NCBI GenBank assembly: GCA_964291415.2
Contig: OZ219920.1
Coordinates: forward strand, 1,344,001 to 1,408,000
Reading direction: 5' to 3'
Length of the DNA stretch: 64,000 nucleotides
DNA from: Alphaproteobacteria bacterium
Lineage (GTDB): Bacteria > Pseudomonadota > Alphaproteobacteria > SP197
Shown: piece after piece, positions 40,410 to 51,515 of the stretch
Position numbering within the stretch: position 1 is the first letter of the stretch
How the letters are laid out: every line of letters begins with the position of its first letter
Notes under the pieces: model-generated
The model's input: only the letters and a program-made list of their open reading frames with translations
Told to the model about the DNA's origin: nothing
The model's database searches: none
Made by a program: the position numbers and the translations under genes

Positions 40410-41387
40410 ATGCCGGACATGCCGTCATATGCGGACATCGAGTCTGCCGCCCAGCGGCTTGACGGAAAGGCGGTCGTCACGCCGCTTCTCGAATCACCCA
40501 GGCTCAACGAGACTCTCGGTGGCCGGCTGCTGGTCAAGCCGGAATGCCTTCAGCTCACGGGCTCTTTCAAGTTCAGGGGCGCCTACAACAGGATTGCAGG
40601 CGGCGCCACGGGAAAAGGGGTCGTTGCCTATTCGTCGGGCAACCACGCCCAGGGAGTCGCCGCCGCGGCGTCCATGCTGGGGTACCCGGCGGTCATCGTG
40701 ATGCCCGAGGATGCGCCGGCCATCAAGATGGCTGGCACCCGCGCCTGGGGCGCCGACATCGTCACCTATGCCAGGCACGACGAATCGCGTGAAGAGATCG
40801 CCCGGTCCGTGGCCCGAAAGAGCGACATGACGATTGTGCCCCCCTATGACGATCCCATGATCATCGCCGGTCAGGGCACGGCCGGACTGGAGATCGCCGA
40901 CGCGTGCGACCAGCGGGACATCACGCCGGATGCCGTCATCACCTGCTGCGGCGGCGGCGGTCTCACCGCCGGCGTGGCCCTTGCCATCAGCCACCGATTC
41001 CCAGGGTGCGCCATCCACACCGCCGAACCCGAGGGGTGGGACGACACCGCCCGGTCCCTGGCGAGCGGCCGGCGCCAGACCATCACAGGCACACCCGCCT
41101 CGATCTGTGATGCCCTGCTCGCCCGCACCCCCGGCCGACTCACCTTCGACATCAACCGGAACCTTGTCCATTCGGGAACCGTGGTCACGGAATCGACCGT
41201 CATCAGGGCCATGGTGACCGCCCTCGAATCCTTCAAGCTTGTCGTTGAACCCGGTGGCGCCGTGGCGCTTGCATCGGCCATCAGCGGCATGGTTCCGGTC
41301 AAGGGACGGACCGTTGTCGCCGTCATCTCCGGCGGGAACGTCGACGCTGACGCCTACGCGGACCTCGTGGCGCGCAGCCAGTCATGA
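40410..41387 (+). CDS. PLP-dependent threonine/serine dehydratase (no ACT domain)
   Basis: LQLTGSFKFRGA, SSGNHAQG, IIAGQGT, GGGGL, VVEPGGA, SGGN. Confidence 0.9.
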   Translation: MPDMPSYADIESAAQRLDGKAVVTPLLESPRLNETLGGRLLVKPECLQLTGSFKFRGAYNRIAGGATGKGVVAYSSGNHAQGVAAAASMLGYPAVIVMPEDAPAIKMAGTRAWGADIVTYARHDESREEIARSVARKSDMTIVPPYDDPMIIAGQGTAGLEIADACDQRDITPDAVITCCGGGGLTAGVALAISHRFPGCAIHTAEPEGWDDTARSLASGRRQTITGTPASICDALLARTPGRLTFDINRNLVHSGTVVTESTVIRAMVTALESFKLVVEPGGAVALASAISGMVPVKGRTVVAVISGGNVDADAYADLVARSQS

Positions 41388-42358
41388 CGGTGCTCGTGAC
41401 CGGTGCAGCCGGGTTCATCGGCTACCACCTGGCCCGGTCCCTCCTGGAGCGCGGCGAAGAGGTGATCGGCATAGACAGCCTCTCGCCATACTATGATGTT
41501 GATCTCAAGCAGGCGCGCCTGGCCCGGCTGAGCGAGGAGTCCGCCTTCTCGTTCCATCACGTGGATGTTGCCGACCGCGAGGCACTGGCCGAACTGGATT
41601 GCAAGAACCGGAACATCGACCGCATCGTTCACCTGGCGGCGCAGCCCGGTGTCCGGCACTCACTGGTTGCGCCGCACGACTACACCGCGGCAAATGTGGA
41701 AGGCCAGCTCGCCATTCTTGAACTGGCCCGCTTGTGCAAGGGACTCAAGCATCTCGTCTATGCGAGTTCCTCGTCGGTCTATGGAGCCAACGACGCCATT
41801 CCCTTCTCGGTCGAGCACCGCGTCGATCAGCCGGTGTCGCTCTATGCGGCCACCAAACGCTCGGGAGAACTGATGGCATCCTGTTACAGCCATCTCTACG
41901 GCATTCCCGCCACAGGTCTGCGATTCTTCACGGTGTACGGCCCCTGGGGGCGCCCGGACATGTCCCCCTGGCTCTTCACGCAGGCTCTCTTCGAGAGGCA
42001 GCCTCTGACGGTCTACAACCATGGCGATCTCCGCCGCGACTTCACCTGGATCGACGATGTCATCGACGGCGTCCTGGCGGCACTGGCGAAGCCTCCGGAG
42101 ACCTCCCCTCCCCACATCATCTACAATCTCGGCAACCACCGCAGTGAATCGATCATGCATCTGATTCACGTGCTTGAGGAGGCCACGGGAATCCGTGCGG
42201 ACATCCGACTTGCCCCGCTGCAGCCGGGGGATGTCAGCGAGACCCTTGCCGATATTCGGGCTTCGCGCCGCGACCTCGGGTATGAGCCATCAACATCCAT
42301 CGAAGAGGGGATGCCGCAATTCGTGGCCTGGTTCCGGGACTACCACGGCTACTGCTGA
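41384..42358 (+). CDS. NAD-dependent epimerase, UDP-glucuronate 4-epimerase-like
   Basis: GAAGFIG, HLAAQPGVR, YASSSSVYG, YAATK, LRFFTVYGPWGRPDM; ATGA overlap with the dehydratase. Confidence 0.9.
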   Translation: MTVLVTGAAGFIGYHLARSLLERGEEVIGIDSLSPYYDVDLKQARLARLSEESAFSFHHVDVADREALAELDCKNRNIDRIVHLAAQPGVRHSLVAPHDYTAANVEGQLAILELARLCKGLKHLVYASSSSVYGANDAIPFSVEHRVDQPVSLYAATKRSGELMASCYSHLYGIPATGLRFFTVYGPWGRPDMSPWLFTQALFERQPLTVYNHGDLRRDFTWIDDVIDGVLAALAKPPETSPPHIIYNLGNHRSESIMHLIHVLEEATGIRADIRLAPLQPGDVSETLADIRASRRDLGYEPSTSIEEGMPQFVAWFRDYHGYC

Positions 42359-42375
42359 CCGGTCGGCGGCGGCGT

Positions 42376-42436
42376 TCAGCCGTTGACGAGGGAGCGCCTG
42401 CCCGATTGCCGGACCGGTCCGCGGATCTCCGGATGG
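42376..42436 (-). repeat. Degenerate copy of the last 61 nt of the carbonic anhydrase gene (direct repeat with 43313-43373)
   Basis: Hand alignment, ungapped: 26 of the first 28 nt and about 46 of 61 nt identical; translates HPEIRGPVRQSGRRSLVNG-stop versus HPPNCRPVQPLGRRSLVIG-stop. Confidence 0.85.
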
Positions 42437-42510
42437 CAAGAAAACTCTTTCGACAACCCGAAGCGGAACAAAATAGCCCGTGAAAATCCTGAAGGCTCGC
42501 CCATCCTGAC

Positions 42511-42939
42511 TTACGTCTCGTGGCGCCGACTCGGTACTCGCCCCAAGGCCTGGCGAGCGGTCACGATGGGAATGCCGTCAACTTCCTGGAGCGCAAGCAT
42601 ATGCTTCTTGTCGCCGGAGACGATCAGGTCTACGTCTCCAGCGAGAGCCGTAGCCAGTATCCGATTGTCCATGGGGTCAGGCGACAGGGACACGCTCGGC
42701 AACCTGTCAAGGATGACGGCGCGCGCGCCGATGTTCTCAACGATAGCCGTTGCCTCGTCGGCGTCGAGAAACCTCTGCAGGCGCTGGCGAGAAAGAACAT
42801 CGGCCAGTTCTGCGATCTGTGCGGTGGATGTCACGAGCTTGATCTCGCCACGCTTCCAAGCCTGATACAGCCTGTCCGGCGGAGTGCCCTTGGTGATGAG
42901 AGCGCCGATCAGGATGTTGGTGTCAAGAACGACCCGCAC
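42511..42939 (-). CDS. PIN-domain toxin (VapC-like)
   Basis: MRVVLDTNIL, DPMDNRIL, IVSGDKKH acidic PIN residues; overlaps the upstream small gene. Confidence 0.9.
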   Translation of the reverse strand: MRVVLDTNILIGALITKGTPPDRLYQAWKRGEIKLVTSTAQIAELADVLSRQRLQRFLDADEATAIVENIGARAVILDRLPSVSLSPDPMDNRILATALAGDVDLIVSGDKKHMLALQEVDGIPIVTARQALGRVPSRRHET

Positions 42940-43159
42940 GCGCCGCCTTCACCTCCTCGTCGACGAGATCGAGAAGGTCCTGCTGATCAAATGCAGCGTT
43001 GCGCTCCTTGACCTGGCTGACGGTTAGATCCAAAACCCGGCGACGCACGGCTTCATCGACGAACCGTGAAAGATCGCCCTTCCTGCCGCCGTTGCGGGCG
43101 AGAAAGGTGCGAACCGACCGGTCCGTTTCTTCCGGGATGGACAGGTTCCATCGGGTCAT
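42923..43159 (-). CDS. Ribbon-helix-helix antitoxin
   Basis: MTRWNLSIPEETDRSVRTFLA..GRKGDLSRFVDEAV beta-alpha-alpha pattern; GGAGA SD; directly upstream of the PIN gene. Confidence 0.85.
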   Translation of the reverse strand: MTRWNLSIPEETDRSVRTFLARNGGRKGDLSRFVDEAVRRRVLDLTVSQVKERNAAFDQQDLLDLVDEEVKAARAGRS

Positions 43160-43180
43160 CGGCATTCTCCATATAAAAGC

Positions 43181-43196
43181 GTATAGACGCTTATAC
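43181..43196. promoter_or_regulatory. Putative TA autoregulatory operator
   Basis: GTATA-N6-TATAC palindrome in an AT-rich patch just upstream of the antitoxin. Confidence 0.55.
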
Positions 43197-43312
43197 ACCT
43201 ATCTTAAGGTTCAAGATCCACTCCGTCAATCTCCTGCGAATGCAGAATGCGTCATCGTAATGATCCAGTTTCACGTCTGGCGGAACGCGCAACTCAAGGC
43301 CGGCACTGGAAC

Positions 43313-43984
43313 TCAGCCGATGACAAGGGAGCGCCTGCCCAAGGGCTGGACAGGCCGGCAGTTGGGTGGATGGAAGTTTGTGAAGGCGGCAATCTGGGGG
43401 ACAGAGAAGGTGATCGTGTCGGCCAGGACAATCCAGCTGACACCCTCGCTGCAGGGCGGCGTGGTGAGAGAGCCCTGGTAGCGCCATGCCCTCGTCGCGG
43501 CGGGAAGCAGGGGGGAAGGATCGACGTCGACATGCCCGAGTGATTCCGGCTCGTCCACGAGTGCCTGCCACAGCACGTCCGCGGCGGGATTGGCCTCGCC
43601 CTCTGAGATGAGGACTCCGACCACCGCGAGCCGGCCTTTGCTGTCGGCGTGCACGAGGTGCAGTTCCATTGGCCGCCTCGTGCCGTCGACGAGGTGTTCA
43701 CTGGCGTGGTGGAAATGGAACTGCTGAAGTTCGTAGCGATGACCGCCAACCAGGAGACCGTGCCCGGGCCCGGAATTGAACTGGATGGTCCGGCCGGTGT
43801 CCTCGATGGCAGCACGAACCAGTCCGTAGTGGAACTCGATGGACGGCACGTTTGCCACGCGCGCCTCCACAAGGTCGATCGGCGACTGCTCGGCGCCGCA
43901 ACCGCAGAGCCGGAAGGCGGGGTCAAGGGAAGCCCAGCACGACGGTCCGTTGTCGGCGGCATATCCCCAGGACTTGCGGGTCAT
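43313..43984 (-). CDS. cah: Alpha-class carbonic anhydrase
   Basis: WGY, QSPID, QFHFH..SEH, ELHLVH (three Zn His), YQGSLTTPPCSEGV, NCRPVQ. Confidence 0.95.
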   Translation of the reverse strand: MTRKSWGYAADNGPSCWASLDPAFRLCGCGAEQSPIDLVEARVANVPSIEFHYGLVRAAIEDTGRTIQFNSGPGHGLLVGGHRYELQQFHFHHASEHLVDGTRRPMELHLVHADSKGRLAVVGVLISEGEANPAADVLWQALVDEPESLGHVDVDPSPLLPAATRAWRYQGSLTTPPCSEGVSWIVLADTITFSVPQIAAFTNFHPPNCRPVQPLGRRSLVIG

Positions 43985-43991
43985 GGCGCCA

Positions 43992-44477
43992 TCACGCCGC
44001 GATATCCGCGGTCACCACCGCACCCGTCATGGAGGCGAGGTGATCGGGTGTCTCGCCGAAGACGCAGTGCGGGTGGCCGGCCGCAGCATGAACGAGGGGA
44101 AAACGCCACAGGCTGGCGTCCATCACCGTGGGCAGGGAAACCCGGTGTCCCACGGGTGGCACTCCGCCAATGGAGTATCCGGTCGCCTGCCTGACGGTGT
44201 CTGCGTCGGCTCGCGCCACAGGCCCTTCGAGGCCCAGTGCCACGGCAATTCTCTCCTGGCGAGCCCGGCAGTCGCCGGCGATGAGAGCCAGCACAGGCGA
44301 TCCGGCAGCACGGAACACCAGTGACTTGACGATGGCGCCCTGTTGACAACCCAGGGCGCCCGCTGCGTCTGCGGCCGTGCGTGCCGTGGTCGCGAGTTCA
44401 ATGACCCGGGCCCTGCTTCCCAGCGCTTCCAGGGCGGTCCGCACCCGCCTCACGGCCGGACGTTCGACGAGGCTCAT
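43992..44477 (-). CDS. YbaK/EbsC aminoacyl-tRNA deacylase family
   Basis: TAADAA, IVKSLVF, TGYSIGGVPP, AAAG. Confidence 0.9.
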   Translation of the reverse strand: MSLVERPAVRRVRTALEALGSRARVIELATTARTAADAAGALGCQQGAIVKSLVFRAAGSPVLALIAGDCRARQERIAVALGLEGPVARADADTVRQATGYSIGGVPPVGHRVSLPTVMDASLWRFPLVHAAAGHPHCVFGETPDHLASMTGAVVTADIAA

Positions 44478-45091
44478 GACGGTATCGCAACTCCCCGGAT
44501 GACGGCCTCGCGCTCGCCGATGGTGTCGTACCAGCGTCGTACATGCGGAAACCGGCTCCAGTCCGTGTCATACCATTCCGTGCGCATGACCCAGGGCCAG
44601 GTTGCCACGTCGGCAATGGAATAGTCGCCGGCAAGATAGGGAACCACGGCCAGGCGCCGATCCATGACGCCAAGAAGGCGCATCACCTCGTTGCGGTAGC
44701 GGGTCTTGCCGTAGGGCACGTCCTCGCTGGCGAACTTGATGAAATGGTTCGCCTGCCCGAACATCGGCCCGACGCCGCCCATCTGAAACATCAGCCACTG
44801 CAGCACGACGAGCCTTTGCCGTGCTTGCGATGGCATCAGGCAACCCGTCTTTTCGGCGAGATAGATGAGAATCGCCCCCGATTCGAAAACACTGACAGGC
44901 TCGCCCTCCGGTCCCTCGCTGTCGACGATTGCCGGGATCTTGTTGTTGGGACTGATCTCGAGGAAGGACGGCTCGAACTGTTCATCGGCACCGATGTCGA
45001 TGGGATGGACGGTATAGGCAAGGCCCACCTCCTCCAGCATGATGGAGACCTTGCGACCATTGGGAGTGGCCGCCGTGTAGAGATCGATCAT
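44474..45091 (-). CDS. Glutathione S-transferase (YfcG-like)
   Basis: [38 protein letters not shown]. Confidence 0.92.
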   Translation of the reverse strand: MIDLYTAATPNGRKVSIMLEEVGLAYTVHPIDIGADEQFEPSFLEISPNNKIPAIVDSEGPEGEPVSVFESGAILIYLAEKTGCLMPSQARQRLVVLQWLMFQMGGVGPMFGQANHFIKFASEDVPYGKTRYRNEVMRLLGVMDRRLAVVPYLAGDYSIADVATWPWVMRTEWYDTDWSRFPHVRRWYDTIGEREAVIRGVAIPS

Positions 45092-46560
45092 CGGGTTCCT
45101 TCCTCTGCTTCCAGCCTGAGGCGAAGCGTCCGGTTGACGGCCGGCGGGTTGGCGCGGCCTTGCGACGCCTTCATGACCTCGCCCATGAAAAATCCGAGGA
45201 GTTTCGTCTTTCCGGCACGGTACTCGTCCACGCGGTCAGGATGGGCTGCCAGCACGCCGTCGACAAGCGCCTCGATCCGGGCCGTATCCGTCACCTGCGT
45301 CAAGCCCCGTTCCTCGACGATCGCGGCGGCCTCCCGGCCAGTGGCGAACATCTCGGCAAAGACATCCTTGGCAATGCGCCCGGAGATGGTGCCATCGACA
45401 ATCAGATCGATGAGGCCGCCGAGGGCATCGGCGCTGACGGGACTGTCTGCAATGGCGATGCCATCGTGATTGAGGCGGCCGAAGAGCTCGGTCATGACCC
45501 AGTTCGCTGCCAGCTTGCTGTCGCGCGCCCGGGCGACCTCCTCGAAGAAATCCGCATTGTCGCGTTCCGCCACGAGAACCCCGGCATCATAGGAAGAAAG
45601 GCCGTGACCGCTCATGAACCGCTGCTTGCGGGCATCGGGCAGTTCCGGCATCGATGCCGCGATCCCCGCTATCCATGCCTCGTCGAGGTCGAGCGGCAAC
45701 AGATCCGGATCGGGAAAGTAGCGATAATCCTCGGCATCCTCCTTGCTGCGCATGCTGCGGGTCTCGTTGGCATCCACGTCGAAGAGCCTGGTTTCCTGCT
45801 GGACCGTTCCTCCCTCGTCCAGGATCGTTGCCTGACGATGGCCCTCGTACTCGATGGCCCGCTGCAGGAACCTCAGCGAATTTAGGTTCTTGATCTCGCA
45901 ACGCGTACCGAGTTCCTCTCCCGGACGTCTCATCGACACGTTGGCATCCACGCGCAGCGATCCTTCCTGCATGTTGCCGTCACACGTTCCGGCATAGCGC
46001 AGGATGCTTCTCAGCGTCCTGACGTAGCGCACGGCCTCGTCGGGCGATTCCAGTTCCGGGCGAGAGACGATCTCCATCAGTCCGATGCCCGAACGGTTGA
46101 GATCGACCAGGGAGTGGGCGGGATCCCTGTCGTGCAGGCTCTTGCCGGCATCCTGTTCCACATGCAGGCGTTCGATGCCGATGGATCGCGACGTGCCGTC
46201 CTCGAGTTCGATGACGAGATGTCCGCCCGTGACGAGTGGCTGCTGGTACTGCGAGATCTGGTAGCCCTGCGGGAGATCCGGATAGAAGTAGTTCTTTCGT
46301 TCGAACACGGACCGCCGGTTGATGGCGCCGCCCAGGGCAAGTCCGGCCCGCACCGCCTGTTCGATGCAGGCCATGTTGATGACGGGAAGCATGCCCGGCA
46401 TGCCGGCATCGACGGCCGAGACCTGGGTGTTCGCATCGGCGCCGAATGCCGTGGAGGCTCCGGAAAAGAGCTTCGACGAGGACACGATCTGCGCGTGGAC
46501 CTCGAGTCCGATGGCGTAGCAGAACGGTCCGCTCTCCCGTTCGACCAGTTCCGCCATCAC
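45088..46560 (-). CDS. gatB: Asp/Glu-tRNA amidotransferase subunit B
   Basis: [38 protein letters not shown]. Confidence 0.97.
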   Translation of the reverse strand: MMAELVERESGPFCYAIGLEVHAQIVSSSKLFSGASTAFGADANTQVSAVDAGMPGMLPVINMACIEQAVRAGLALGGAINRRSVFERKNYFYPDLPQGYQISQYQQPLVTGGHLVIELEDGTSRSIGIERLHVEQDAGKSLHDRDPAHSLVDLNRSGIGLMEIVSRPELESPDEAVRYVRTLRSILRYAGTCDGNMQEGSLRVDANVSMRRPGEELGTRCEIKNLNSLRFLQRAIEYEGHRQATILDEGGTVQQETRLFDVDANETRSMRSKEDAEDYRYFPDPDLLPLDLDEAWIAGIAASMPELPDARKQRFMSGHGLSSYDAGVLVAERDNADFFEEVARARDSKLAANWVMTELFGRLNHDGIAIADSPVSADALGGLIDLIVDGTISGRIAKDVFAEMFATGREAAAIVEERGLTQVTDTARIEALVDGVLAAHPDRVDEYRAGKTKLLGFFMGEVMKASQGRANPPAVNRTLRLRLEAEEGTR

Positions 46561-48029
46561 GTCGCACTCCGGGGGGCAGTATCGAACCTGGCGGCCTCCT
46601 CGATCACCCGTGCCACCCTCAGGAGGCGCGCCTCGTCGAACGGTCGGGCAATGACCTGCAGTCCCAGCGGCAGCCCGTCGCCGTCGAGACCTGCCGGCAC
46701 GGAAATGCCGGGCAGCCCGGCAAGGCTCGCCGGAACGGTGAAGACATCGTTGAGATACATGGAAACGGGATCGTCGGGCGGACTGTCAGCGGCAAAGGCG
46801 GCCGACGGCGTGGTCGGCGTCAACAGGGCGTCAACGGATGTCCAGGCCTCGCGAAAGTCGTCGGCGATGCGCGTGCGCACTTTCTGCGCCTTGAGATAGT
46901 AGGCGTCGAAGTAGCCTTCGGAAAGGACATAGGTGCCGATGAGAATGCGCCGCTTCACCTCGGCCCCGAATCCTTCGGCCCGCGTTCTCTCGTACATCGA
47001 AACGAGATCGTCGCCCTCGCATCTCAGACCAAACCTGACGCCATCGTAACGGGCGAGGTTCGATGAGGCTTCAGCCGGCGCGATGATGTAGTAGGCCGGC
47101 AAGGCAAAGCGCGTGTGCGGAAGCGAGACCTCCCGAACGGTGGCGCCCGCATCCTCGAGCCAGGCGATGCCTCGCTGCCACAGCTCATCGATCACCGTCG
47201 GCATTCCCTCCACCCGGTACTCCTCGGGAATACCGATCGTCATGCCGTTGACACCGGCTTCGAGGGTGTCCTCGAGATCGTCGAGAGGCTCGTCCGCGGA
47301 GGTCGAATCCAGGGGATCGTGGCCCGCCATTGCGCCAAGCATGATCGCGGCGTCGCGCACGGTGCGCGTCAGCGGACCGGCCTGATCGAGGGAGGAGGCG
47401 AAGGCGACAATGCCGAGCCTGGAACACCGCCCGTAAGTCGGCTTGAGGCCGACTGTTCCGGTGAAGGCGGCCGGCTGACGAATGGAACCGCCGGTATCCG
47501 TGCCCGTCGCCGCCATCGCCATGCGTGCCGCGACCGCTGATGCGGATCCGCCCGACGAGCCGCCGGGAACCCGTGCCCTGTCATCCCCCGACGCCCGCCA
47601 GGGATTGATCGCCGGACCATACCAGCTCGTGAGGTTGGAGGAGCCCATCGCGAACTCGTCCAGGTTCGTCTTGCCCAGCATGACCGCGCCTTCGCGCAGC
47701 ATGGATGCGGTCACCGTCGATTCGTAGAAGGGCCTGAAGCCGTCGAGAATGTGCGATCCGGCCGTTGTCGGGATATCCTTCGTGCAGAACAGGTCCTTGA
47801 TCGCGACCGGTATGCCCTCGAGGCGGCCGGCATCACCGGTTCGGCGGCGTCGATCCGAGGCATCGGCAAGCTCGAGGGCCCGCTCGGGAGTTTCCGTGAT
47901 GAAGGCATTGAGATCGCGGTTGCGCTCCATCGCCTCAAGATGAGCACGAGCAAGTTCCACGGCCGAGACGTGGCCGGCAGCAAGGAGATCGCGCGCGCCG
48001 GCGATCGTCAGGTCTGTCAGGGCGGTCAT
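46557..48029 (-). CDS. gatA: Asp/Glu-tRNA amidotransferase subunit A
   Basis: [44 protein letters not shown]. Confidence 0.97.
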   Translation of the reverse strand: MTALTDLTIAGARDLLAAGHVSAVELARAHLEAMERNRDLNAFITETPERALELADASDRRRRTGDAGRLEGIPVAIKDLFCTKDIPTTAGSHILDGFRPFYESTVTASMLREGAVMLGKTNLDEFAMGSSNLTSWYGPAINPWRASGDDRARVPGGSSGGSASAVAARMAMAATGTDTGGSIRQPAAFTGTVGLKPTYGRCSRLGIVAFASSLDQAGPLTRTVRDAAIMLGAMAGHDPLDSTSADEPLDDLEDTLEAGVNGMTIGIPEEYRVEGMPTVIDELWQRGIAWLEDAGATVREVSLPHTRFALPAYYIIAPAEASSNLARYDGVRFGLRCEGDDLVSMYERTRAEGFGAEVKRRILIGTYVLSEGYFDAYYLKAQKVRTRIADDFREAWTSVDALLTPTTPSAAFAADSPPDDPVSMYLNDVFTVPASLAGLPGISVPAGLDGDGLPLGLQVIARPFDEARLLRVARVIEEAARFDTAPRSAT

Positions 48030-48313
48030 TCGACAATCTTCGGCACAACGAAGCACCCTTCAGAGGAAGCCGGTGCGTTGGCCGTGATGTCATCGGCGAC
48101 GCCGCCGTCGGTCACCTCGTCGCGGCGCCACTTCAGCGTCATGGCGGCGACACCGGTCATCGGCTCGACCTCATCGGTATCGACCTCGCCCAGAGTGTCG
48201 ATCCACTCGATGATGGCCGAGAGTTCCCCTGCAAGCTGCTGGCGCTCGGCATCGCCTGTCGCGATTCGCGCCAGTCGCGCAACCCGCGCGACAGTGTCCT
48301 TGTCGAACTTCAT
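48026..48313 (-). CDS. gatC: Asp/Glu-tRNA amidotransferase subunit C
   Basis: [27 protein letters not shown]; ATGA overlap with gatA. Confidence 0.95.
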   Translation of the reverse strand: MKFDKDTVARVARLARIATGDAERQQLAGELSAIIEWIDTLGEVDTDEVEPMTGVAAMTLKWRRDEVTDGGVADDITANAPASSEGCFVVPKIVE

Positions 48314-48369
48314 CTGCCGGTCTGCTCTGGCCTGATGGCGTGCGGAAGTCTAGTGTCGGGGATGGAGCC

Positions 48370-48906
48370 GTGACCGACCATCACCCATCGCGACCAAAGC
48401 TATCAGCGGCGCGCCTGCCCGACAAGCCGCAACGGGATGTCGCATCCTTCCTGGCGCTCTCTCCCGAGGGCCCGCTTCTGGGGATCGATCCCGGTCGCAA
48501 GCGCATCGGCATCGCGGCCAGCGATGCATCCAGGATCATCGCCTCGCCTGTCGGGGTACTCGTGCGCGGGCGCTGGAGGGACGACCTGACGCATCTGCGG
48601 AACCTCGTCGAGACGAGAGGCACCACCGGCATCGTTCTCGGTTTCCCGGTCAACATGGATGGAAGCGAGGGACCGCAGGCCCGTTCCGCCTGGCAGACAG
48701 GGATCAACCTCCAGACCGGTCTTGAATTGCCGGTCCTCATGTGGGACGAGCGGCTCAGCACCTTTGAGGCCGGAGAGATCATCGCCGACAACGAAGGCCG
48801 GGGGCGACACGGCAAGCACTGGATCGATGCCGTGGCCGCATCCGTCATCCTGCGTGACGCCCTTGGCGCACTCGACAGGGCCGAAGATTCCACCGACCCC
48901 GCCTGA
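48370..48906 (+). CDS. ruvX: YqgF/RuvX pre-16S rRNA nuclease
   Basis: LGIDPGRKRIGIA.SD, PVNMDGSEG, WDERLST, IDAVAA; divergent from gatC. Confidence 0.92.
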   Translation: MTDHHPSRPKLSAARLPDKPQRDVASFLALSPEGPLLGIDPGRKRIGIAASDASRIIASPVGVLVRGRWRDDLTHLRNLVETRGTTGIVLGFPVNMDGSEGPQARSAWQTGINLQTGLELPVLMWDERLSTFEAGEIIADNEGRGRHGKHWIDAVAASVILRDALGALDRAEDSTDPA

Positions 48907-49109
48907 CGATCCGATTCCTGTGTGTCGGTTGGCCGGTGTCAGCCTCGGTGTCAGCCTCCATTCCCTGCCCCCGACTGCTCCGGCCACGCCGCGCCAGTCT
49001 TGCGACTGTGAATGACACCGTCGTCCGACTGACTCAGGAATATGTCCGAACGCCGGCGAGCCTGGGGATGACGGACGGTCCGTGGTGGTGTAGGTAGCCT
49101 TTTTCAATC

Positions 49110-50075
49110 ATGCCGCGCGACGTCACGCCCTCGAGTTTTTCCCATCGCCACCTGCTTGGCATCGAGGATCTGTCGCCGGACGACATCAATCTCCTTCTGG
49201 ATCTGGCCGACTCCTACGTGGCGCTCAACCGGCGCGCCGAGAAGAAGCGTGACCTGTTGCGCGGCCGCACCCAGATCAACATGTTCTTTGAAAGCTCGAC
49301 ACGGACCCGCACGTCGTTCGAGCTCGCAGGCAAACGACTCGGCGCCGATGTCATCAACATGGCTCCCTCGACCAGCGCCATCAAGAAGGGCGAGACCCTG
49401 GTCGACACGGCGGCGACGCTCAATGCGATGCATCCCGACCTGCTCATCGTGCGGCATCCCGACAGCGGCGCGGTCAAGCTTCTTGCCCGTTCCGTCAGGG
49501 CCGCCGTGATCAATGCGGGCGATGGCAGCCACGAGCATCCGACCCAGGCGCTGCTTGACGCGCTGACCATCCGCCGCCGTCTCGGGCGTCTCAGCGGCCT
49601 GACAGTCGCCATCTGCGGAGATATTGCGCACAGCCGGGTGGCCCGATCCAACATTCTCCTTCTCAACACCATGGGCGCCAGGGTACGCCTCGTCGCCCCT
49701 CCGACCCTGCTGCCGACGAAGGTCGACCGTTACGGTGTCGAAGTTCATCACGACATGACGGAAGGCCTGAAGGATGCCGACATCGTCATGATGTTGCGGC
49801 TGCAGACAGAGCGGATGCAGGGAAGCTTCGTGCCCTCCCAGCGCGAGTACTTCCAGTTCTTCGGACTGACCTACGAGAAGTTCGCCCACGCCCGGTCCGA
49901 CGCCCTCATCATGCATCCGGGTCCGATGAACCGGGGCATCGAGATCGACAGCGAAGTGGCCGACGACATCAATCGCAGCGCCATTCTCGATCAGGTGGAG
50001 ATGGGTGTTGCCGTACGCCAGGCGTGTCTCGAGCTTCTCACCGGCAATCTCGACCACCCGGAGCACAACCAGTGA
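49110..50075 (+). CDS. pyrB: Aspartate carbamoyltransferase catalytic subunit
   Basis: [40 protein letters not shown]. Confidence 0.97.
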   Translation: MPRDVTPSSFSHRHLLGIEDLSPDDINLLLDLADSYVALNRRAEKKRDLLRGRTQINMFFESSTRTRTSFELAGKRLGADVINMAPSTSAIKKGETLVDTAATLNAMHPDLLIVRHPDSGAVKLLARSVRAAVINAGDGSHEHPTQALLDALTIRRRLGRLSGLTVAICGDIAHSRVARSNILLLNTMGARVRLVAPPTLLPTKVDRYGVEVHHDMTEGLKDADIVMMLRLQTERMQGSFVPSQREYFQFFGLTYEKFAHARSDALIMHPGPMNRGIEIDSEVADDINRSAILDQVEMGVAVRQACLELLTGNLDHPEHNQ

Positions 50076-51460
50076 CGCCGCACCTTGCGGATATCTCGAT
50101 CAAGAAGCGCAAGGCGGAACGGACAGCGTACCTGGATCTGCGCCTGATCGATCCGGCGAGCCGGCGTGACGAGACCGGCGGGATTCTCACCGACGGCGAA
50201 ACCATCGTCGACCTCGGTCCGCAGGTGACACACGAGAGCATTCCCCAAGGGACCGCCGTCATCGACGCCCGGGGGCTGATCGCGGCGCCCGGTCTCGTCG
50301 ATCTCAGGGCGCACTTGAGAGAGCCCGGTTTCGAACACCAGGAAACCATCCACACCGCAAGCCGCTCGGCTGCGGTGGGTGGCGTCACGACAATCGCCTG
50401 CATGCCGACCACCAGGCCGACCATCGATGATGTCTCTCTCGTTCACTTCATCGAACGCCGGGCGCGGGAAACCTCTCTCGTGAAGGTCCATCCCGTCGCT
50501 GCCGTCACGCAGGGTCGCAAGGGGGCACAACTGACCGAACTCGGGCTGCTTGGCGAAGCCGGCGCCCTCGCCTTCTCCGACGGCCCTCGCCCCATCATGA
50601 ACGCCAACGTGCTGCGTCGCGCGCTGTCCTATGGGACCGTCTTCGATGCCCTGATCATGCACCACGCCGAGGATCTCCACCTCACAGGCGACGGCGTCAT
50701 GAACAGCGGCGAGACGGCGACGCGCCTGGGTCTCGAAGGAATGGCGCCGGAAGCCGAGACCATCATGATCGCCCGCGACATCCGCCTCGTCGAAATGACC
50801 GGGGGGCGCCTGCACTTCAGCAGCATCACGACCGCCGAGAGCGCCGACCTCGTGCGCCAGGCAAGGGCACGGGGGCTGCCGGTGAGTGCGGACACCGCCC
50901 CCCATTACCTGGTGCTCAACGAGAGCGCGGTGGGCGACTACCTCACCTTCACCAAGGTACGCCCTCCGTTGCGCGGCGAGGAAGATCGCCAGGCCCTGGT
51001 GGCGGCCCTGGCCGAGGGGGTCATCGATGCTGTCGTATCGGCCCACGAACCACGCGACCAGGACAGCAAGAGGCAGCCCTTCGCCCAGGCGGCCTTCGGC
51101 GTCGTCGGACTCGAGACCCTGCTTCCCCTGGTTCTCGAAATCGTCGCCTCGGGACGGCTCGACCTTGTGGATGCGCTCGCCCTCGTGACCTGCCGGCCTG
51201 CCGACCTGCTCGGATTGAAGGCCGGCCGGCTTGAGGTCGGAGGCCCGGCGGACATCGTTCTCATCGATCCCTCCATGACCTGGCAGATCGACAACCACGC
51301 ATTCCAGAGCAAGTCCAAGAACTCACCCTTCGACGGCCGCTCGGTCACCGGCCGCGCGGTCCGCACCGTGGTCAGCGGCCGCACGGTGATGGACATCCGA
51401 GGTCGCTTCCACGTCCTGATCGTGAGAAGCCTGAGGATCGAGGCACTGGACCGGGCATGA
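50072..51460 (+). CDS. pyrC: Dihydroorotase-like protein, probably inactive PyrC'
   Basis: [27 protein letters not shown]; the HxH motif reads RAH and TDHAP reads SAHEP. Confidence 0.85.
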   Translation: MTPHLADISIKKRKAERTAYLDLRLIDPASRRDETGGILTDGETIVDLGPQVTHESIPQGTAVIDARGLIAAPGLVDLRAHLREPGFEHQETIHTASRSAAVGGVTTIACMPTTRPTIDDVSLVHFIERRARETSLVKVHPVAAVTQGRKGAQLTELGLLGEAGALAFSDGPRPIMNANVLRRALSYGTVFDALIMHHAEDLHLTGDGVMNSGETATRLGLEGMAPEAETIMIARDIRLVEMTGGRLHFSSITTAESADLVRQARARGLPVSADTAPHYLVLNESAVGDYLTFTKVRPPLRGEEDRQALVAALAEGVIDAVVSAHEPRDQDSKRQPFAQAAFGVVGLETLLPLVLEIVASGRLDLVDALALVTCRPADLLGLKAGRLEVGGPADIVLIDPSMTWQIDNHAFQSKSKNSPFDGRSVTGRAVRTVVSGRTVMDIRGRFHVLIVRSLRIEALDRA

Positions 51461-51515
51461 TGCCGGACGCATGATGATGCGCGGCTGACCGGGGGCCTCC
51501 TTGTTCGACGAACGC

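Noticed and set aside
35780-42358. ugd and a UDP-glucuronate epimerase about 4 kb apart as a possible polysaccharide locus
   Set aside because: Opposite strands, separated by housekeeping genes, and no glycosyltransferase or export genes; ordinary UDP-uronate supply.
48934-48958. 12-bp tandem duplication CGGTGTCAGCCT x2 upstream of pyrB
   Set aside because: Only two copies with no spacers; not CRISPR and no evident function.
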